64,000 nt of DNA from Armatimonadota bacterium (GTDB lineage Bacteria > Armatimonadota > UBA5829 > DSUL01), in NCBI GenBank assembly GCA_039811685.1, contig JBDHZC010000005.1, forward strand, positions 128,001 to 192,000, read 5' to 3'. The number at the start of each line of letters is the position of its first letter. The first letter of the stretch is position 1. A program made the position numbers and the translations under genes. Positions 57,931 to 64,000 of this stretch are shown here, one piece after another. The notes beneath the pieces were generated by a model that saw nothing but the letters and a program-made list of their open reading frames with translations, had not been told where the DNA came from and did not search any database.

Positions 57931-58698
57931 ATGTGGCAGTGGCACAGACAATTGAAGCGGGCAGGCGCTGTGATTGCGCTGATGATTTTCGCTTTCACGG
58001 CCGCATGTCACGCAGACACGCGCAAGCAGTACAGCGTGGAGGGTAAGGTGGCTAGTGTGCGTGTCTTTCGAAAGGACAGCGCTGTTGTCAGCCTTACCCG
58101 GCTGCGGTGGACACACTCGCCGAAGGCGCTTTCGCCTTTGTCAGTCAAAGCGGTATTGTACGGGGACGCGCAGGCGCTTCGTTCGGATCTGCGTCCCGGT
58201 ACTAAAGTAAGGGCGACTCTGGTGGAATCTGCAGCAGGAAAATGGCACGCTCTCGCTTATACAGTCATGGCGAAGAATGCGAACAACTCAACCAGTCCAC
58301 CGCCACCGGCTGACAAGAACACCGATACTCTGGTGTTCGGGCTCTGCGTAGAGCCAAATCCTGCAACTCCGCACAGCAGGGTCAGCTTTGCAATGACTTT
58401 GCGTAACACCGGCGCTGAGGCCGTCACCTGTCACAGATCCAGCTCACAGCGATTTGAGATCGTCGCTGAGCGCGAGGGTCGGGCTGTGTGGAAGTGGTCA
58501 AGCGGCCGGTTTTTTACAGCCGCTATCGAAACCTTCACCGTGCGGCCGGGTGAGAACGTCACCTACAGGGCTGAGTGGGATCTCACTGACGAGGAAGGCC
58601 GCGCTGTGAAGCCTGGGACATACCAGATCAGGGCGTGGCTGAAGACTATGGGTAAAGAGCTGCCGCAGGCGGAAGATGTGAGCCTTGCGGTTCGCTGA
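57931..58698 (+). CDS. Exported protein with C-terminal BsuPI-like domain
   Basis: N-terminal hydrophobic segment; SSSQRFEI..VWKWSSGRFF...PGE...W; start uncertain. Confidence 0.65.
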   Translation: MWQWHRQLKRAGAVIALMIFAFTAACHADTRKQYSVEGKVASVRVFRKDSAVVSLTRLRWTHSPKALSPLSVKAVLYGDAQALRSDLRPGTKVRATLVESAAGKWHALAYTVMAKNANNSTSPPPPADKNTDTLVFGLCVEPNPATPHSRVSFAMTLRNTGAEAVTCHRSSSQRFEIVAEREGRAVWKWSSGRFFTAAIETFTVRPGENVTYRAEWDLTDEEGRAVKPGTYQIRAWLKTMGKELPQAEDVSLAVR

Positions 58699-58782
58699 GG
58701 GCCGAGGCGGATACCAAAAGGGCGCCCGTTTGGCCAGAAGCTGTGGGCTGAACCAGTACAGATTGAATTCTTGAGGAGTGCT

Positions 58783-61464
58783 ATGAGTAACAAGCGTGTC
58801 TATCTTTTCTCTGAAGGCAACGCCAAAATGCGAGATCTGCTTGGCGGAAAAGGAGCTAACCTGGCGGAGATGACCAACATCGGCCTGCCTGTGCCGCCGG
58901 GGTTTACCATCACCACTGAGGCGTGCAATGAGTACACCAGGCTCAAGGCCATGCCTCCGGGGCTTCTCGATGAAGTGAAGGCAGCGCTTGCGCAGGTTGA
59001 GAAGGATATGGGACAGAAGCTGGGAGATCCGGCCAACCCGCTTCTTGTGTCCGTGCGCTCCGGAGCCAAGTTCTCCATGCCCGGGATGATGGATACGGTC
59101 TTGAATCTTGGCCTCAACGACCAGACTTGCGAAGGCATAATCAAGCTCACGGGCAACGAGCGCTTCGCCTATGACGCCTACCGCCGCTTCGTCATGATGT
59201 TCTCGGACATTGTGCTCTCAGGGCAGTACAAGGAGTTGAAGAAGGAGAAGTTTGAGCACATCTTCGACGCTTTGAAAGAGGAAGTCGGCGCCCGGCAGGA
59301 CACTCAGGTGGATGCGGCCGGCCTGAAAAAGCTGGTCAAGCAGTTCAAGGACTACTTCAAGAAGATCACGGGCGAGGATTTCCCAACTGACCCTCTTCGC
59401 CAGCTTGAGCTTGCTGTCGAAGCGGTCTTCAAGAGCTGGAACAACGACCGTGCCATCACCTATCGCAACCGCGAGAAGATTTCGCACGACCTCGGCACTG
59501 CTGTGAACGTGCAGACGATGGTCTATGGCAATATGGGCGATGACTCTGGCACAGGCGTGGCCTTCACCCGCGACGCTGCCACTGGCGAGCATACCATTTA
59601 CGGCGAGTTCCTGATGAATGCGCAGGGCGAAGACGTGGTCGCGGGAGTGCGCACGCCTGAGACCATTGACCAGCTTGCTGAGCACAATCCGGAGATCTAC
59701 AAGCAGTTTGTGGACATTGCCAGGCTGCTGGAAGATCACTACAAGGATATGCAGGATATCGAGTTTACGATCCAGCAGGGCCGGCTTTTCATCCTGCAGT
59801 GCCGCGCTGGAAAGCGCACTCCACAGGCTGCCATTGAGATTGCTGTTGATCAGGTCAATGAAGGTCTCATCACAAAAGAAGAAGCCATCAAGCGCATGCC
59901 CCCGGATGTGCCGGGCCTCATGCTTCTGCCTTCGCTGGATTCGGACTACGTGAACCGGCAGAAGCCACTGGTTCTTGCCAAAGGGCTGAATGCCGGCCCC
60001 GGTGGCGCTGTTGGAAGGATTGCAATTGGATCACAGTCTGCCCTGAAGATGGCGGCCTCCGGCGATCCGGTGATCCTGGTTGGGCGCGAAACGACACCGG
60101 ACGACCTGGGCGCCATGCTGGCCTCCGTAGGCGTGCTGACCGCCACAGGCGGCAAGACTTCACACGCCGCTCTTGTCGCCCGGCAGTACGGTATTCCCAC
60201 AGTTTGTGGCTGTGGTGTGCTGCGTATTGACGACTCCGCGCGCACCATCAGCGCCAACGGCTCGGTCATGAAGGAAGGGGATTTCATCTCTCTTGACGGA
60301 ACGAACGGGATGGTCTATCAGGGACAGGTCCCGACCAGAGAGCCGCAGGTCTCTGGAAAGTTCGCCACTTTTATGGAGTGGGTTGACTCCTTCCGGAAGA
60401 TGGGTGTGCGGGCAAATGCGGATACTCCCGAGCATGCAGCCGAAGCCGTAGAGCTTGGTGCGGAGGGTATTGGGTTGTGCCGCACGGAGCACATGTTTAT
60501 GGGTGACCGTGTGCCACTTGTCCAGGCGATGATTCTGGCTGAGGACGAGAAGGGACGGGACGAAGCGCTGGACAAGCTTCTTCCGCTGCAGCGGGGCGAT
60601 TTTGTGGGCATTTTCAAAGCCATGGACGGACGTCCTGTTACTGTTCGCCTGATTGACCCGCCCCTGCATGAGTTCCTGCCCAGCCTCGAGGAGCTTCTGG
60701 TTGAGACTACAGAGATGCGCGTGAAGGGCGATCTTGGCAAAGACTACATCGCCAAGATGGCCATTCTTCGCAAGGTGCAGGATTTGCACGAAGCTAATCC
60801 GATGCTTGGGTTGCGCGGTTGCCGCCTGAGCATTTACTTCCCGGGAATCGTCAAGATGCAGGTTGCGGCGATTATCGACGCGGCCTGTGAGCTCAAGAAG
60901 CAGGGCCTGAGCGTTCATCCGGAAATCATGATCCCGCTCGTCGGCGTTGTCACCGAGCTGACCTTCATCCGGGAGCAGCTTGAGCGCGTTGCGCAGGAGA
61001 CGATGGAGGCTGAAGGCGTGGAGGTCGAGTACAAGTTCGGCACTATGATTGAGATTCCGCGCGCGGCTCTGACGGCGGACGAGATTGCCAGGGAAGCGGC
61101 TTTCTTCAGCTTCGGAACCAACGACCTCACGCAGATGGCCTACGGTATCAGCCGCGACGACGCTGGCAAGTTCCTGCCGCTCTATATTGAGAAGCAGATT
61201 CTGAACGTAGACCCCACCGAGTCAATCGACGTCAAGGGAGTTGGGAGACTGATGGAGATTTGCGTGGAGGATGCGCGGAAGGTGAATCCAGATATAAAGC
61301 TGGGTATCTGCGGTGAGCACGGCGGCGATCCGGACTCCGTAAAGTTCTGCAGCAAGCTGGGTCTGAACTACGTTTCCTGTTCGCCCAAGCGCGTGCCGGT
61401 AGCCCGGCTTTCGGCGGCGCAGGCTGAGCTTGAAAAAGACGGCGGTGCGACTCGCGACGTCTAG
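58783..61464 (+). CDS. ppdK: Pyruvate phosphate dikinase
   Basis: GGKGANL, SVRSGA, GGKTSHAA phospho-His motif, GLCRTEHM, SFGTNDL, CGEHGG. Confidence 0.97.
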   Translation: MSNKRVYLFSEGNAKMRDLLGGKGANLAEMTNIGLPVPPGFTITTEACNEYTRLKAMPPGLLDEVKAALAQVEKDMGQKLGDPANPLLVSVRSGAKFSMPGMMDTVLNLGLNDQTCEGIIKLTGNERFAYDAYRRFVMMFSDIVLSGQYKELKKEKFEHIFDALKEEVGARQDTQVDAAGLKKLVKQFKDYFKKITGEDFPTDPLRQLELAVEAVFKSWNNDRAITYRNREKISHDLGTAVNVQTMVYGNMGDDSGTGVAFTRDAATGEHTIYGEFLMNAQGEDVVAGVRTPETIDQLAEHNPEIYKQFVDIARLLEDHYKDMQDIEFTIQQGRLFILQCRAGKRTPQAAIEIAVDQVNEGLITKEEAIKRMPPDVPGLMLLPSLDSDYVNRQKPLVLAKGLNAGPGGAVGRIAIGSQSALKMAASGDPVILVGRETTPDDLGAMLASVGVLTATGGKTSHAALVARQYGIPTVCGCGVLRIDDSARTISANGSVMKEGDFISLDGTNGMVYQGQVPTREPQVSGKFATFMEWVDSFRKMGVRANADTPEHAAEAVELGAEGIGLCRTEHMFMGDRVPLVQAMILAEDEKGRDEALDKLLPLQRGDFVGIFKAMDGRPVTVRLIDPPLHEFLPSLEELLVETTEMRVKGDLGKDYIAKMAILRKVQDLHEANPMLGLRGCRLSIYFPGIVKMQVAAIIDAACELKKQGLSVHPEIMIPLVGVVTELTFIREQLERVAQETMEAEGVEVEYKFGTMIEIPRAALTADEIAREAAFFSFGTNDLTQMAYGISRDDAGKFLPLYIEKQILNVDPTESIDVKGVGRLMEICVEDARKVNPDIKLGICGEHGGDPDSVKFCSKLGLNYVSCSPKRVPVARLSAAQAELEKDGGATRDV

Positions 61465-61490
61465 GAGCCTTCACGGCATTGACTTCTGCG

Positions 61491-61519
61491 AAGGCCGCCC
61501 CGAAAGGGGCGGCCTTTTT
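61491..61519 (+). terminator. Intrinsic terminator after ppdK
   Basis: AAGGCCGCCCC-GAAA-GGGGCGGCCTT followed by TTT. Confidence 0.85.
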
Positions 61520-61568
61520 CAATGATAACCTGGCTCAGTTTCTGTCGCGTATGTCCGGTCGCTCCCGA

Positions 61569-62456
61569 TCAGCTTTCCAGCAACCCTCTGTGATCCAGCC
61601 CCGATAGCAGCATGTGGAAGTAAACCAGACCCGCATAAGGACGCCACGCACTCAGAATCTCGTGCACGCTCTTGTAGTCCAGGGGGGCCTCGATTCCCAG
61701 CCAGCTCTGAAGTCTTCCGCGGGCGCCAACATCGTCGCCCGGGAACAGATTCGTACGTCCAAATCCTCGTAAAAGCGCATATTCCGCGCTCCAGCGTCCG
61801 ATGCCCTTCAGGCGGCTCAGCCGCTCGACTATCGCCTCATCCTCCAGCGGTTCCAGCTCTGCTTCATCAACTTCGCCGTTTGCGAAGGCCTCTCCGAGAG
61901 CTATCAGCGAGTTCGCTTTGGCCCGGCTCAGCTTCAGCGCTCGCAGCTCATCAAAATCCGCTGCGGCAAGGGCTTCAGGTTCGGGAAAAGCTGCAAGTCC
62001 GCTGGCAGAGTGTTGTCCAAGTGCTGCGCACACCCGGCTCAGTATCTGCAGGCCGACCGTGAGCGTAATCTGTTGACAGCAAACTGCGTTGACCAATGCC
62101 TCGAACAATGTCGGGTAGCGCGGTGGATGAAATCCTTGAAAGCGCATGGCCAGCTCCCACAGACGGCTGTCTTTGCGCGCCATCTCGAAAAACGGCTTCA
62201 TATTCACATTCAACCCGAGCAGCCGCGTCAGAATCGGCGCTGCGTCAACCTCTGCGTCCGTTACGCTCGCCTGCAGCTCCGTTGGCCCGCTCTGGGTGAC
62301 TGACACTTCCACGGCACCCTTGCGGGTCAGGAAAGCGCGGGAGTAAGTCTGACCATCCCATCGGTCTATCTGGTTGTCCACCCGCCTGCGCAGCGCCCAC
62401 ACGGTGAAATCCAGCCGGAAAGGAGGCGCCGCCTGTATTCTTATCAGTTCACTCAC
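61569..62456 (-). CDS. alkA: AlkA-family HhH-GPD DNA glycosylase
   Basis: FEAL...CCQQI, LKGIGRWSAEY HhH, FPGDD, WRPY; start uncertain. Confidence 0.85.
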   Translation of the reverse strand: MSELIRIQAAPPFRLDFTVWALRRRVDNQIDRWDGQTYSRAFLTRKGAVEVSVTQSGPTELQASVTDAEVDAAPILTRLLGLNVNMKPFFEMARKDSRLWELAMRFQGFHPPRYPTLFEALVNAVCCQQITLTVGLQILSRVCAALGQHSASGLAAFPEPEALAAADFDELRALKLSRAKANSLIALGEAFANGEVDEAELEPLEDEAIVERLSRLKGIGRWSAEYALLRGFGRTNLFPGDDVGARGRLQSWLGIEAPLDYKSVHEILSAWRPYAGLVYFHMLLSGLDHRGLLES

Positions 62457-62588
62457 GATAGTATTTTTATCCCCGAGAAGCCGGTGCGGCAATCCTGAGC
62501 GCAACCAGACGCTAAATGGAGCGCCAGACTGCGGGTGCGGCAGGTTGAATACTGCGGGGCGGTGAAATCGCTTACTGGAGGAGGCTGT

Positions 62589-64000
62589 ATGAAGCGTTGT
62601 GGCTATGTGAGTCTGGTTCAGATTCCGCTTCAGGCTCGGGTATTAGTAGTAGCGGTTGTAATTGGAGGAGTTGTGGCGATGGCGGCACACGCGCAGACGG
62701 GCAGTACAACAGGCTTTGTCGAGAAGTTCAGTTCTACAAAGCTGCCATCCCCGTTGCGCTGGCATGCGCCCGTGCCGGGACCGGTGTACCGCATCAGTAA
62801 TGGCGCCCTCCACATTGAACTCCCTGAATCCGTGGGTGGATTTGACGTCTGGACAGAGTCCGATAACGCTCCCTCGCTCTTTGCTGAGGCGCCTGTGGGA
62901 GACTGGGACATGTCTGCGCGTATCCGCCTGGAGCATGTGCCAGCGGAGGCAGAGTTCCACGCAGGGCTGGCGGAGCGCTTCTCAGATGGGCACACGATGC
63001 TATGGGGACCTTATCAAAGCCGGCGTTTCACGGGAGTTGATGGACGGCAGATATGGCTTGAGCGCACGGGTGAAGGGCGGATGGATGCGCTTTCAATGTC
63101 TGGAGATGTAGTGGATTTGCGCGTTGAAAAGCGGGGCGCGCACTACACGTTCGCCCTGCGCCGTGAGGGAGAAGCCTCCTGGAGTGAGGTCGCAGCCACC
63201 TCTTCACTCAGCGAAGCGAAGCAGGTTGGCGTCGTGGTGAAGACATTTTCTTCGGATGGAGGCCGTTCACAGCCGGTCTCTGTGGCGGTGGAGGAGCTCG
63301 CGCTGACACCAGTGGAGGAAGCGAGCGCAAGCGCAAATGACGGCTCTGTCAGGATTGACGTCACACGCGATGGCCTGTTCAAAGTGGATCGCAACATATA
63401 CGGGCACTTCATTGAGCACCTCGGAAAGTGTATTCACAGGGGCCTGTGGGCGGAGCTTCTGAACAATCGGAAGTTCGCCGGGTCAACCTCGGCAAAGGGA
63501 GTTATTGAGCGCTGGGAGCCGGTTGGTACGGCGGACTTTTCTGACGGACACGACGATCCCTACACGGGCGGACAGTATCAGCGCATCGTTCTGACTGGCG
63601 CTCCGGCTGGCATTGCTCAGGCGGGAATTGGGTTGATTGCTGACAAGAGCTACGATGTGCGCATCATCGCCCGCGCGCCTGACCAGAAGGCCAGCCTTCG
63701 AGCGCGGCTCGGTGCGGCAGAGGTGGAGGTCGGCGCCCCGCGTGTGACCTGGCAGGAGTTCAAGGTGACCCTGAAAAGCGCTCAAAACACGGCGCAGGGA
63801 CGCTTTGAGATTCTCGCATCCGGCTCAGGCCGAGTGGATATCGGCTGTGTCTCCGTCATGCCCTCAGACAATCTGCAGGGCTTCCGGCGTGACGTGATTG
63901 AAACCGTGCGGGCTATCAAACCGCCGAATGTCCGGTGGCCGGGTGGAAACTTCGTCTCCGGTTACGACTGGCGCGAAGGCATTGGACCCCGGGACAGACG
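62589..64000 (+). CDS. Secreted GH51 alpha-L-arabinofuranosidase-like protein, runs off the window end
   Basis: Absent from the ORF track because it has no stop in the window; GGAGGAGG RBS, signal-like N-terminus, IYGHFIEHLG, WAELL.NRKF, RWPGGNFVSGYDWREGIGP. Confidence 0.85.
   Translation, partial: MKRCGYVSLVQIPLQARVLVVAVVIGGVVAMAAHAQTGSTTGFVEKFSSTKLPSPLRWHAPVPGPVYRISNGALHIELPESVGGFDVWTESDNAPSLFAEAPVGDWDMSARIRLEHVPAEAEFHAGLAERFSDGHTMLWGPYQSRRFTGVDGRQIWLERTGEGRMDALSMSGDVVDLRVEKRGAHYTFALRREGEASWSEVAATSSLSEAKQVGVVVKTFSSDGGRSQPVSVAVEELALTPVEEASASANDGSVRIDVTRDGLFKVDRNIYGHFIEHLGKCIHRGLWAELLNNRKFAGSTSAKGVIERWEPVGTADFSDGHDDPYTGGQYQRIVLTGAPAGIAQAGIGLIADKSYDVRIIARAPDQKASLRARLGAAEVEVGAPRVTWQEFKVTLKSAQNTAQGRFEILASGSGRVDIGCVSVMPSDNLQGFRRDVIETVRAIKPPNVRWPGGNFVSGYDWREGIGPRDR

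Overview
GC-rich bacterial chromosomal window with about 50 CDS. I saw no rRNA, tRNA, CRISPR array, integrase or transposase. PEP-CTERM proteins, DUF5069, a stand-alone LuxR HTH and a distinctive C-terminal domain on a secreted glycosidase suggest Armatimonadota or a similar lineage (inference). Housekeeping content: purKE, acs, icd, sucCD, gltA, ppdK, pyrG, lysC, bcp, comM. DNA repair is unusually well represented: Mre11/Rad50-like YhaO-YhaN pair, family-B polymerase, PolX-PHP, Mpg and AlkA. There are also several glycan-processing enzymes (GH151-like, GH128-like, DUF4838, GH51, a six-hairpin type) and an orphan wzm/wzt pair. Best leads: (1) a sigma factor / solo LuxR / palindromic operator / ~420-nt switch-like structured leader / PEP-CTERM locus at 41.9-44.5 kb; (2) a consensus sigma-54 promoter with an upstream TGT-N11-ACA dyad in front of another PEP-CTERM gene; (3) a solitary class III nucleotide-cyclase-like gene; (4) an orphan PEP-CTERM tail in the +1 frame across the polB stop; (5) a polymerase-dead PolX coupled to mpg; (6) DHODH-like and GGT-like enzymes with rewired active sites. 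All family assignments come from recognising motifs by eye, not from database searches.
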